From Epithemia pelagica (lineage: Eukaryota; Protista; Bacillariophyta), in NCBI GenBank assembly GCA_946965045.2, contig OX337230.1, positions 248,001 to 312,000 of the forward strand: a DNA stretch of 64,000 nt, read 5' to 3'. The first letter of the stretch is position 1. The number at the start of each line of letters is the position of its first letter. Positions 19,849 through 30,613 of this stretch are shown piece after piece. The position numbers were made by a program, and so were the translations under genes. Below the pieces are notes generated by a model. It was not told the DNA's origin and searched no databases. It saw only the letters and a list, made by a program, of their open reading frames with translations.

Positions 19849-21075
19849 ATGGACTATCACGACGAAGATGACGGGCTGTGTTGGCAAGACATGGACCATG
19901 GCTGCCGTCAGACGGAACGATTGACTGTTGCCTCGACGGGCTCTACTCGACTGACCACGGGGAAACTGCGGAAAAGCAACAAGAACAATAAACGCAAGAA
20001 AAGATCTACCATCCAAACGGAAGAATCGCGCAAGAAGAAGAAGAACGAGAGAACATCTCCGATACGGCCATTGTCTCTCTTGTCTCACTTTCCAGTTGGA
20101 TTCTTCAACGATGGAAACGGAATTGGATGCCAATTGTTTGAAAGTCGCATCCGTGCCTTCTTGTCGGTTCGTGATGTCGGAGCATGCGCCATGACCTGTC
20201 GGGCTCTCGCCACGCTGTGCCCCACCTATACGGTTCCAGAACTGTTGAGAGGACAGCGAGGACTCGAAAACCATCAATTGTCACCCCGAAAACAGCGAAT
20301 AACCCTCGATGCTGTCGTGATGAGATTGGTCACAACCTATCATAGGGAACAAGACAGACCCACTCGCTGCTGCTGGGTCACCCCTGAAAATCCGGAATAT
20401 GACATACTCGTCGAGCTGATGGAGAGCGAAGTAGACATGAAGATTTATCACCCAGAAGAACTGCCCAAAGTACAACTGCTCATGAAGGAGTTTCTCCAAG
20501 GTTTCAAAGAGACGGTCGATAACGACAGCCAGTGCATTTCGCAATGGTCCTCCAATGCCCTATTCTCGTACTGTTTGCGTACATTCTATTATCCAGATTT
20601 TTCTCAAATGTTCGAGACGGACTTTCCATATTCTCCAACGTTCGATATGGAGTATGAACAAAAATTGTTCATTAAGTTTTGGTTCGACCAAGACGATTCC
20701 GAGTTCTTGTCGAGAAATTGGGTTTTGATATCCGCATTTCTGGATGATATGGACAGCATTATGTATCGGTCGGCGTACAATGTCACCCACATCATTCGCA
20801 TGTTGATTCAGTACGACACCTGCACGGATGGTTTTCTTGATTTGGAAACCAAAGAGGAACGATTGGTACTGACTCCACCAGCCCATGATGGATACGAATG
20901 GTGGTACACACGCCTCCTGGGTGACGCGTGTCCCGGAGTGACCAAAACTTTGGTCATTTTTGCCAGGGACGCGGATAGCGGAATTATACGGCCGTTTTTC
21001 ATTCATGAGAATACTCGAATCAACTTCCCCCTCAAGGCCGGAAGAGACGATGAGTTCCATGACAAGACTGAGTAA
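19849..21075 (+). CDS. F-box-like orphan family protein, copy 3 (intact, about 408 aa)
   Basis: Open frame from MDYHDEDD; basic NLS-like tract; F-box-like IRAFLSVRDVGACAMTCRAL; conserved C-terminal domain shared with other copies. Confidence 0.75.
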   Translation: MDYHDEDDGLCWQDMDHGCRQTERLTVASTGSTRLTTGKLRKSNKNNKRKKRSTIQTEESRKKKKNERTSPIRPLSLLSHFPVGFFNDGNGIGCQLFESRIRAFLSVRDVGACAMTCRALATLCPTYTVPELLRGQRGLENHQLSPRKQRITLDAVVMRLVTTYHREQDRPTRCCWVTPENPEYDILVELMESEVDMKIYHPEELPKVQLLMKEFLQGFKETVDNDSQCISQWSSNALFSYCLRTFYYPDFSQMFETDFPYSPTFDMEYEQKLFIKFWFDQDDSEFLSRNWVLISAFLDDMDSIMYRSAYNVTHIIRMLIQYDTCTDGFLDLETKEERLVLTPPAHDGYEWWYTRLLGDACPGVTKTLVIFARDADSGIIRPFFIHENTRINFPLKAGRDDEFHDKTE

Positions 21076-21380
21076 CCGTAGTGAATTTCGAGCATCTCAA
21101 AACCCTGACGTCCTACGTTTCATGCCCCTTTCGATTGGCGTTCATCTGTTTTGCCCATGTCCAATCGCTTTGTCTGGCCGATACATTTCACCGATACGTC
21201 ATAATGGCATGGACCGCAAATGTAGTTCTTTTTGATTCTTCATTCATGCCTCGCTATATAGTGAGGTCCGTGACAGCATTGTTTTCTTTTCTTTCTTCCC
21301 AATGTTCGTTAATCGAGATTCGAAATTCATGTCCTGCCCATGAATATCTAGAGTATCTCGTCTTGTGTGTGGTTGGCCTC

Positions 21381-22949
21381 TCATTTTTCGGATTCGGCAT
21401 CTTCGAGTAGTGTATACAGGGTGAATTGATACACGACACTGGCATGGCGTGAGAGGGGTGGAATGGGAACCTGTTGCAAATCCTCATAGGTCCAATACTC
21501 CTCCTCGTCGTCCTCCTTCCTGGACGACACGCGTGTGCCATTGCCCCCATTCGGTGATGGTGGTCCTCTTTCTCCTTTTTCTTTTGCTGGTGGTTTGTCC
21601 ACCACTACAGGTTCATGTGTGAACCAATGGTCAATCGTCACGACTTGGGAGGGTGCAAAGGGCACCACACCAACAAGTTGCAAGGCATTCATGGTTTGAG
21701 CAGGTTGATCCACATCGGACCAATTAATACGCAGAACAATCACGACAAGTTCTTGGTGTCGTCGTCGTAGTTGCTGTTGCGATGATGATTGGTGATCTTG
21801 TTCGGGACTTGTCGTCTTGGTGGATGTCAAGGTCCGGCTGCTGGTGGTGGTTTGTCGTACAAAGGTCTTGCAGGCACTGGTATAAATGGTAAAGTCATCG
21901 CGACCATCGTCATTGACGCGTCCATTGACGCGGGTCATGGGTCGGGTATCGGCATGTTGATGCCACGCCAAAAGTGGTGGATGCGTGACGAGGTGGTACC
22001 AGTCGGGATTGTGAACCAATTGCGTCACATCCAGACTGAGCAAGAGGGGTGCCTTGAGCAGTGCCCACAACACAAATTGGGATGTGACTTCGTCCCCATT
22101 GAGTTTGCTGTGCGGATTGCCGAGATGCAAGACGTCTAGATCCATCCAGGCCCCGGGTTGGACTCGATGGACATGTTGGAGCGATATTTCAACCGTGTCG
22201 TAAAGGGCACGCCAGGTTGGACGAACATCGCCCGTGGTCCGCCAAGAATTGCCCACGGCGGCCGCCCACTGCCACGAGGCTTCATGGCCCCATTGACACA
22301 GTGAATAGACCATGGGTCGACCCGTGGCATTGAGCGCATTGCGCATGGCGACAAAGCGTGGCAAACTGGCCAATTGGCCTGCTCCACAATTGTCATACTT
22401 GACATAGTCCACGCCCCAGTCGGCAAAGGTTTGGGCATCCACCGCTTCATATCCCAGAGAGCCTGGAAAGCCGGCACAGGTTTGCACACCGGCACTGGAA
22501 TAAATACCAAGCTTCAATCCTCGATCGTGCAGGTACTGCGCCAACCATTTCAAACCTTGGGGAAATCGTACAGGATCGGCAATCAACCGAGGTTGGTTTG
22601 TCGTACTTGTCGTTGTCGACGAATGGTGGTCGGGCTGATCCGGCGGTTGCCGTTGTTTGGCACTCCAACAATCGTCCAAATTCAGGTACCGATATCCCAC
22701 TTGATCCAAGTGCAAGTCGATCATTTGTTGAGCCGTTTGTACCATTGTCTCTTGATTCGTGTTGTTACTACAACCAAAGGCATTCCAGGCATTCCATCCC
22801 AAGGGTGGCACCAAGGCCAGTCCATTGTCCAAGGCACGAACTTGATATGTGTTGGGGGAGGAGAACAACAAGAAGAGGAGGAAGAAGAAGACGATACCAT
22901 GGTACCACCATACCCTTGGATCCGTTGGATGTTCCTTCCAACGGCCCAT
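21381..22949 (-). CDS. Alpha-galactosidase / alpha-N-acetylgalactosaminidase, glycoside hydrolase family 27
   Basis: LDNGLALVPPLGWNAWN, YLNLDDCW, KLGIYSSAG, YVKYDNC (nucleophile Asp), SWRTTGD (acid/base Asp), WMDLDVL; hydrophobic N-terminal leader. Confidence 0.93.
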   Translation of the reverse strand: MGRWKEHPTDPRVWWYHGIVFFFLLFLLFSSPNTYQVRALDNGLALVPPLGWNAWNAFGCSNNTNQETMVQTAQQMIDLHLDQVGYRYLNLDDCWSAKQRQPPDQPDHHSSTTTSTTNQPRLIADPVRFPQGLKWLAQYLHDRGLKLGIYSSAGVQTCAGFPGSLGYEAVDAQTFADWGVDYVKYDNCGAGQLASLPRFVAMRNALNATGRPMVYSLCQWGHEASWQWAAAVGNSWRTTGDVRPTWRALYDTVEISLQHVHRVQPGAWMDLDVLHLGNPHSKLNGDEVTSQFVLWALLKAPLLLSLDVTQLVHNPDWYHLVTHPPLLAWHQHADTRPMTRVNGRVNDDGRDDFTIYTSACKTFVRQTTTSSRTLTSTKTTSPEQDHQSSSQQQLRRRHQELVVIVLRINWSDVDQPAQTMNALQLVGVVPFAPSQVVTIDHWFTHEPVVVDKPPAKEKGERGPPSPNGGNGTRVSSRKEDDEEEYWTYEDLQQVPIPPLSRHASVVYQFTLYTLLEDAESEK

Positions 22950-23381
22950 ACTGATCTCGTCACGAGAGAGATGTGGACACCCGTTTACTATTTTCCAATC
23001 CAAGGTTCGATTCCTCCTCTGTTCTCCGTCTCTCGTGTGCCTTTGTTTTCCATCCAAGAAAATAGAGAACACGAGATCAGAAGATATTTTGTGTGTGATG
23101 GCATCAATGGCATAGCATCCTCCAAAAAAGATCTTTGTTGTTGCGTGACGTCACTTCCAAATGCGGTTCTAAAGCGACCTTGATGGATTTGAGTCGCACC
23201 CAGCGCACTTACGGCTATGCGAAGCAAAATAGCAATGGCATAGGAACGGAGTAGATGATTTAAAGGCACTTGTTACGCCTCCACCCGTCGACTGGCATCT
23301 TCTTCTGCGGATTCGACCAATACAACAGAGGAGCCCACAAACACACAGTCTCTCGTGTCTGTGATCTATTTAACTATACCC

Positions 23382-25202
23382 TTAGAGTTCTTCTCGGTCG
23401 ATTGTGGTAGTCGCCGTTTCCAATGGTTCCGTCTCCACGTCCCCTTCTTGTTGTTGTTGTTGTTGTTGTTGTTGTGGTTCTTGTGGTTGTCCCACGACTT
23501 CGGTCCCGGTAAACCACGTTGCTTGTCGGTTTCGTGGTTGTGTCGATTCATCGTGGTCTTGGTGGGCCGTTTCCTGTTGTTGTTGTTGCTGCTGCTGCTG
23601 ATTCTGGTAAGCTTCATCCAGTGCTTGTTGCCAGGCAGATGCATCCATGGGGGAGACGAGTGTTTGGACGGAATGGGGCAACAAGGTATCGGCCAAGCCA
23701 TGGTCCAAGAAATCGGCCAGTAAATGCGCCACCAAGGCCAGTTTGGTAGGTTGCTGGTAATCGTGGTGTTGTTGCACCACGAATTGGCGCAACCACGTGA
23801 CGAGCCAGGACACGTTGCACCAACTGGAAAGGGCCGACAAGCCCGTGGATCGATTATTGTCATTGGGCATGGCAATGGTTTTGGGCAGTTCATGGACCAA
23901 CTCAATCTTGGCGACCATGACGTAAACCATCGAGGACGACGAGTCGTTGTTGTTGTTGTTGTTGCTGGTGAGTTTCGGAACGAGAGGTTGGTAGGTGAGA
24001 CGACTGGAATGAATCCACGTCCATCCGGCCGGGAGTCCACCATCCTCCTCCTGGTGTGGAATGGGTCGCTTTTGAAAGCGATTCCAAAATTCGACAAACG
24101 GCGAAACAATTTTACTGTCTTTGTCGTTTTCCCCCGATTGTGGCAAGATGGTACGAACCGTGACATGATGCGATCCTCCCGTCACCTCCACTGTCGTCGT
24201 GGAACCGTCTGGCGTCGTGTTACGAATGCGACGAATGGGTCGAGGAAGATCAACGGTACGTTCCGGGGGTGCCGTACATTGGACGCCGCCTGGTGTCTTC
24301 TTGTTCTTGTAGTCGTCCTCCAAACGATGATAGGCATGCACGGTCAAATCGTGCAAAACAATGCTGTCGACCGTGACACTGTACAATCGACGAAGCGTCG
24401 GTGCCAAACGAGCGTGCAACAACTGAGTGAGCCACTGTCGATCGTCGTTGGTAAAGGGATGGGACTGCCAATTCAAGGTGCAATCGTATCCCAAGTTGGC
24501 TTCAATGCTGCTGCTGCTGCTGCTGCTGCTCGTGGTGGTCGTAGTCGTAGTGACGGGGGCATGAGGGACCTTGTCAAAGCCCACTGGATCGACTCCCACC
24601 AGGAAGCGATCATTCTTCTCCGTGTCGTTCGAATCGAGTTGTCGTCGTCGTTGCGCCGTGGCGTGAATGCGGTCCACCAAGTGGAACATTTCCTCCACCG
24701 AAAACAGGGGCACTCCCACACTGCCGCGAGCCAACATGGTTTGATGCGGCGACAAGGTTCCCAACAAGACCACCACGGTCCAGACCAAGCCCATGAACGA
24801 CACGAGTGCGACATGCCATTCGGAATACACCACTACTGGCGGTGGTGTATCCTCGTTCTCTTTGGTGGTGCTCCGTTTGCCTCGACGACCACCTTCTTGC
24901 TGTTCTTGTTTCTTTTGTTGTTGTTCTTGTTGTTGTTGTTGTTCGAGTTCGTAGCGTTGTTCGGAAATGCCCAACACGCCAATCAGAGGCACGACGAGGC
25001 ACCACAGACAGAGGGCGGCCGTCAAGCCCAGGACGAGCCACCACCGAACCTGATCCCACTGGGGAAGGGACACTTGCAAATAGGCTTCCCCGGCATACCA
25101 GGAGGACGACGACAGGTCTGCTGCGGCGACTGCCGTTGGGGTGTTGACACATTGGCCCACCCACAAGAACCAAGGAAGACGAAGAAGAAATGGTCGATTC
25201 AT
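23382..25202 (-). CDS. Hypothetical membrane protein (signal peptide plus TM helices)
   Basis: 606-aa ORF starting at ATG; signal-like N-terminus, two TM segments, poly-Q tracts typical of host genes. Confidence 0.6.
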   Translation of the reverse strand: MNRPFLLRLPWFLWVGQCVNTPTAVAAADLSSSSWYAGEAYLQVSLPQWDQVRWWLVLGLTAALCLWCLVVPLIGVLGISEQRYELEQQQQQEQQQKKQEQQEGGRRGKRSTTKENEDTPPPVVVYSEWHVALVSFMGLVWTVVVLLGTLSPHQTMLARGSVGVPLFSVEEMFHLVDRIHATAQRRRQLDSNDTEKNDRFLVGVDPVGFDKVPHAPVTTTTTTTSSSSSSSSIEANLGYDCTLNWQSHPFTNDDRQWLTQLLHARLAPTLRRLYSVTVDSIVLHDLTVHAYHRLEDDYKNKKTPGGVQCTAPPERTVDLPRPIRRIRNTTPDGSTTTVEVTGGSHHVTVRTILPQSGENDKDSKIVSPFVEFWNRFQKRPIPHQEEDGGLPAGWTWIHSSRLTYQPLVPKLTSNNNNNNDSSSSMVYVMVAKIELVHELPKTIAMPNDNNRSTGLSALSSWCNVSWLVTWLRQFVVQQHHDYQQPTKLALVAHLLADFLDHGLADTLLPHSVQTLVSPMDASAWQQALDEAYQNQQQQQQQQQETAHQDHDESTQPRNRQATWFTGTEVVGQPQEPQQQQQQQQQEGDVETEPLETATTTIDREEL

Positions 25203-25989
25203 TCTATAGATTGTTGCAACTTGTGGAACTTAAAAGAGACAAGGATGGAACGGAAGAATACCCTCACACAAGGATTGAATCGTACACACACGAGTAATAG
25301 ATACAACTTTTGTTGTGTATCATCCAAAGAAGACCTACAAAAAAGATACGACCTGGAATCCAAAAGATTCTCCCGAGCAATTCCATCTTACAGATGCGAC
25401 TCAGATTTGAAATTCAAGATATCGGATCTGACAGGATCTATAACCTATGAGGTAAGACTTAGTCGCCGTAGATAGCATAGTTTAGTTGAGGTTGTCTATG
25501 TCTTTATAGCTAAGGGACTCGTACTCCTCCATCTATGATCCCTGTCTCTGGAACGAACTTCCACCCGTGTCGTATCGAATCATCATTGGAACAAAATGTG
25601 GGTAAGGTTGTAAGAAGGTCTGTGCCGGCAATGATCAAGTCTATCCCATTACCAAGGATCGTAGGAACGGGAAATGACTTGGTGTTTCCACAGGTTTGCA
25701 GTCTCCACCCACAATACTCCCCTACGATTGTCTCCTTTCTCCCAACAATGCATTGAGAAATTCTAGTCTCCTCAATCTACCTAATACGAGACTGCAATGG
25801 CTTCGAGTTCAGCTGTTCAAGTTCCTCGTCCGCTCGACTCCCTGTGGTGAACGGAACAAAGGTCATCTCATCAGCGCCTCGGCATAGAGGCTTTGTTTCG
25901 TGACTGGAACACCTCTGCTTCGCTTTTCCAAGTCGAAGCAGTGCCCCCGCAGTAACTTTTCCAAACTCTAGGGTAACTCCGATCCCCTT

Positions 25990-27116
25990 TCAATAGTCTG
26001 AGTCATCAGAGTTTGGAAAGTCGTAGTGCTTCGGGCAGTTTTTTGCATCCAAATAGGCCAGGATATGCTTCCGTCCGTTACGACATTCGGCATTGTGATA
26101 GGTCCTTCCATCCAAGGGACATGCCTTCTCATGAGCATATTGGAGACAGTCTAAATGACCTCCTTCCGCAGCTGCGGCACAGGTTCGTTCGTCCCATGGA
26201 CATTGTATTTCATGAGCATACCGCAAAGTCTCCAAATGTCCTTGTTTGGCGGCTCCTTCACAGGTTCCGGCATTTACAGGACAACCATGCTCCAAGAGAT
26301 ATTTCAATGTCTCCAAATGCCCATTGTATCTTCGTCCCACGTACAGCCAAATTCACGGGCCAACTGGAGACAGTCCAATTGGCCGCTGCGAGCGGCAAAA
26401 CGACAGGTATATGGATCCCACGGACAACCCTTTTCGAGAACATATTGGAGACAGTCCACATTGCCCGCTTCGGCAGCCGACGATGCCAATCGGCTATCCC
26501 ACTCGCACCCTTGCTCGTACGTGTGCACAAGAATATGGAAATGGCCGTGTCGGACGGCCTCCATGGCCGTATTGCACTGCATCGAACAGCCATATATGTT
26601 CGTACAGGTATCGGAGGCAATCCAAGTGTCCCTTTTGGGCGGCCGTGCTGGTCGTTCGAGAGTCCCAGGAAAAGCCATGTTCATGAGCCCACTGCAACAC
26701 GCTCAAGCATCCCTGCTGGGCCGCAACCAGGCATGGTTGGTACTTCCATCTCTGAATCATTCCGTTCTTGTCATGTTGTTGTTGAGGCAAAAGACAAGCT
26801 GATACCAATACCTGGCACAGGAGAGACTGGCAAACACGGCCTTGGCGTGTGTTTGTGTGGCGGCAGGGTGAACATACAGTTCTTGAAACTGCCGATTTAC
26901 TCCAGCGACAAAAATGTAATGCCCTGGGCCTACAAAGGAGAAGATATGCACCCCAAGGCTTTGGTTTTCCAACAGCTTCAAGAGCGGATTCTGAGTAGTC
27001 TCATCATGGTCATTCATATTGCTAGCCTTGTCGTCGTCCTGATTGGCTTGCTTGGCCCTCTTGGCGACGGGAGGGTACAAATCCGACTTGTTCGTGTCGT
27101 TTTCTTCCTTGCACAT
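25990..27116 (-). pseudogene. Ankyrin-repeat protein (CPWDxxTC..AA..GHL type) with about 3 frameshifts
   Basis: Repeats AAQKGHLDCLRYL, GCEWDSRL..AAEAGNVDCLQY, CPWDERTCAAAAEGGHLDCLQYAHEKACP spread over four frames; N-terminal HIFSFVGPGHYIFVAGVNRQF is F-box-like. Confidence 0.85.
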
Positions 27117-27855
27117 TTCTCTTTCCAGAGTCTCTCCGGACTACCGAATTGTCCCGTTGAGTGGACCGGAAAACTATCATCTCAAGACTCTCGCGTGCGC
27201 AAAACGACCGCCATGACCGACACTTTGTGGACGGATGAGACTGCATGAAAACTTCGTGCCACCTCTTTCAACGGAGCGTTATCAGCGACTGAAATGTGGA
27301 CAAGAAAAAAAACTATCCCATCTAGGTAGGTAGCCGAGAATAACCCATAGGAGTACTATACACTAGAAAGACGGATCACAAAGCTAGTAGGCGAGTGAAA
27401 GAATTGTTGGTCTCCAACCATGAAACACAGTCAACTGCATCTATCTTAATGTTTTTCTTCTAAATTGATTCATGGAAACCACGAACAGAAAGGTGACAAT
27501 GAAGCAGGTCGGCAGTGCAGATAAATAAAATCCTTGTAAGGGCAACAAACGGGATGGAGTTGGCTCAAATAGCTTCCATTATATAAGTGGTAGTTGTAAG
27601 AAGCATCGTTCTGTCGTTTCCCAACACTTTGCGCCGTTCCCTGATTACATATTTTGCACTCAACCACCTTTGACGTCTCCACAAGGAGTACCTACCTAGG
27701 TCAGGCAGAGGAGGCCGTATTTGGACAAGGAGAATGGTGCGAAGTGTTTCTGAATCGTATCCGCAAGATGCGGTCCCTGTGCTGGTTTCATATTCCCAGT
27801 CGCATTCCTTGTTGTGTGTTCTCAGAGTGCACACACGGCTCTACGGCTACTACTA

Positions 27856-30012
27856 CTATTCAATCGTACCCATGGACTGTCGCGCAATCAAGTTGCGGTA
27901 GGTTTCGGAGCGTTCCAAGAGTTGTGGATGCGTCCCCACATCCTGTACACAATACTGTTCCAACACGACAATTTGATCCGCCTTTTGAATGGTGGAAAGA
28001 CGATGGGCCACGACAATGACGGTCCGCCCTTGCGATGCGGCATCCATGGCTTGTTGGACCAAGTATTCGGATTCGGCATCGAGGGCCGATGTGGCTTCGT
28101 CCAATAACAAAATGGCGGGATTCAAGAGAATGGCACGGGCAATGGCAATCCGCTGTTTCTGACCTCCACTCAGTTTGGTGCCCCGTTCGCCAATCAATTC
28201 GTCCAGTCCGTGTGGAAAGTTGGCAATAAAGTCGGCCGCATTCGCTGTGCGACACGCCTCCCAAATTTGGTCGTCCGTGGGAGCGGCCACGGCGTGGAGA
28301 TCAACACCATAGGTGATATTGTCTCGGACCGACAACCCAAACAAGGTGGGTTCCTGTTGGACCAGGCCAATTTGACGACGGAGTGTTTTCAAATCCAGAT
28401 CTCGAATGTCGCGTCCATCCAACCGGATACAACCCTTTTGGACATCGTAAAAGCGCTCCAACAGGGCAATCACGGTACTTTTCCCGGCTCCACTGGGCCC
28501 CACAATGGCCGTGGTTTGGCCCTGACCAATCTCCAAACTAAAATCTTGTAGGACAGGCACATCAGGTCGGGAGGGATAGGTAAAGGTGACATGTTCCATG
28601 GCAATATTGCCTTGCAATTTGCCACTCCATTTGGATGCCTGTTCGACATCATGCGATCCATTGGCCGTATTGTTGTTGTCGGCAGTTACTTGACGATCAT
28701 GGTTGTTCCCTTCGTCGTCTTGTTGTTGTTGCTGCTGTTGCGGAGGAGGAGGAGCAGAGGATGGAATTTGGGGTGTTCGATCGAGCAAGGCAAAGATTCG
28801 TTGCGACGTGCCGAGGGCTTCCAGGCAATTGGAGATACTACTGGACATGTGGGCCAAAATGCCCCCAATTTGAAAAATGTAGCTTTGAAAGGCGGTCAAA
28901 TCCCCCAGGGATATATGGCCATGGTGGACCAAGGTAAAGCCATACCACAAGGATCCGTACATGGCGGCAAAACCCCCACCAAAAATGACAAACATGAATA
29001 TGGATCGAACCAAGGATTGCTGGTATCCAATACTGAAGGTTGTCGTTGCTGTTTCATTAGGGCCGTTGCGATTCCTCCCACTGCTGGTTCTCCCGAAAAA
29101 ACAAGAACACACGGCAAGGTTGGTTCCAATCAAGGAGGCATAGCGATGTGCTTCCTTTTCTTCGGCCACAAAGCTTTGAACGGTTCGCATGGCACCCAAA
29201 ATTTCCGTCGGCCAACTTTGGGCTTGTCCCAGCTTGTCTTGAAATTCCTTACTCAATTTCCCCAAGAGTCGTCCAAAGGGGATGCACAGCACAAAAATCA
29301 CCACGGTACTTGTTACGGTGAGACTGGCCAGAGATGGAGAAATACTCACCATGAGACCAATGGCAATGCCCAACTTGACCATGCCCAAGACCACTTCGGC
29401 CCACGAACTGGCAATGGCTTGTTTGACGACCGTGGTATCGGATCCCAATCGAGAAATTAATTCTCCCGATTGCGTTGCATCAAAAAAGCCAATTTCTTGT
29501 TGCAAAAGTTGGGCATACAAGGTGGTCCGCAAGCGTGCGACAATTCGTTCTCCGGCAATGCCCATGAGCGCGGTCCGGATCGATCCCGCCAAGGCACCAC
29601 CGCAATGCAAGATCAAGACGGTGGCCATGAGACCATGAATCCGGGGCATTTTATTATCATGGTCCAAGGTCGGATCCATTAAATCATCGTAGGCACGACC
29701 CACAAGTTTGGGCAACCACAGTTGCGTGCCTTGATTGATCGTCATGAATAGGGTTGATATAGCCAAGAGAAGCCATTCCGGTCGACTCAATAGAATTAAC
29801 CGGCACAAGAGAGACCACGACGAAACGGATGATGATGAGGAGGAGGAGGAGGAAGAAGGGGGCGTTGTTGTCGGCACACTTCTTGCTTCCTCCCCATTCG
29901 TTGACACGACCGGTGCCTCGTTCTCGTTTCTGCTGCCACGATGATTGGACAAGAGCGGCTCTACCAAGTCCGTACCATCCTCTTCCAAAGTACTTCTTGT
30001 TGTTGTCGCCAT
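27856..30012 (-). CDS. ABCB-type half transporter (TMD-NBD)
   Basis: TMD with GERIVARLR..QEIGFFD; Walker A GPSGAGKST; signature LSGGQKQRIAIARA; Walker B ILLLDEATSALD; H-loop AHRLST; likely start MATTTRS at 30012. Confidence 0.95.
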   Translation of the reverse strand: MATTTRSTLEEDGTDLVEPLLSNHRGSRNENEAPVVSTNGEEARSVPTTTPPSSSSSSSSSSVSSWSLLCRLILLSRPEWLLLAISTLFMTINQGTQLWLPKLVGRAYDDLMDPTLDHDNKMPRIHGLMATVLILHCGGALAGSIRTALMGIAGERIVARLRTTLYAQLLQQEIGFFDATQSGELISRLGSDTTVVKQAIASSWAEVVLGMVKLGIAIGLMVSISPSLASLTVTSTVVIFVLCIPFGRLLGKLSKEFQDKLGQAQSWPTEILGAMRTVQSFVAEEKEAHRYASLIGTNLAVCSCFFGRTSSGRNRNGPNETATTTFSIGYQQSLVRSIFMFVIFGGGFAAMYGSLWYGFTLVHHGHISLGDLTAFQSYIFQIGGILAHMSSSISNCLEALGTSQRIFALLDRTPQIPSSAPPPPQQQQQQQDDEGNNHDRQVTADNNNTANGSHDVEQASKWSGKLQGNIAMEHVTFTYPSRPDVPVLQDFSLEIGQGQTTAIVGPSGAGKSTVIALLERFYDVQKGCIRLDGRDIRDLDLKTLRRQIGLVQQEPTLFGLSVRDNITYGVDLHAVAAPTDDQIWEACRTANAADFIANFPHGLDELIGERGTKLSGGQKQRIAIARAILLNPAILLLDEATSALDAESEYLVQQAMDAASQGRTVIVVAHRLSTIQKADQIVVLEQYCVQDVGTHPQLLERSETYRNLIARQSMGTIE

Positions 30013-30613
30013 TGTCGTTAGTTGCTGGGAGTCTCTTGCCGATGAGAATTCTGCAGCTGTTTGTGGTTTCTCCACGAGGATCCTTTCGAAATCAACACGT
30101 TGCAGCGAACAAAAGGTTCTTGGCTTCGTCGTTGTTCCAAGGTTCCATAGGCCTTTTATTTCTAGAGAAATCGTCGTCGTTGTTGCTTCCGAGAATCCAA
30201 TGCGTTGCGAGTCGCGCGTCGTGTGTGGTCGCTCATGAATTATGCAGTCGCTCAAAAAACTCGGGGTCCCACCACGAAAGAAAGTTGTCGAGGCGAGTGA
30301 CATCTTCTAGTTTTGTCTACAACATACTCTCGAAACTTCTCTCGTTATCATTATACGAATAGGATACTCTAAATACTCTAACAGAGTAATGACCTCTCTA
30401 AAAGAGAGAGGTCATACGGAGAACTCACCGACCTTGCTCTGTGTGGTTCGTTTCTTTGAAGTCGTAAGAACTATATCCAGTGGTATGGACCACGCCTCTT
30501 TTCAAAACGGTGTTTCACATAAAGGGCACGGCACAGAACTGGGCCCCACTGTCTTTTTGTCGCTGACGTCGGTGTCGTCTTCCCCTTGTGTTGGTTTCGT
30601 TTCTGGATCATTG

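Noticed and set aside
23724-25475. 583-aa plus-strand ORF; likewise 48612-50051, 52288-53496, 37817-38788 and 28591-29460
   Set aside because: Antisense shadows of real genes with recognisable motifs on the other strand; no motifs of their own
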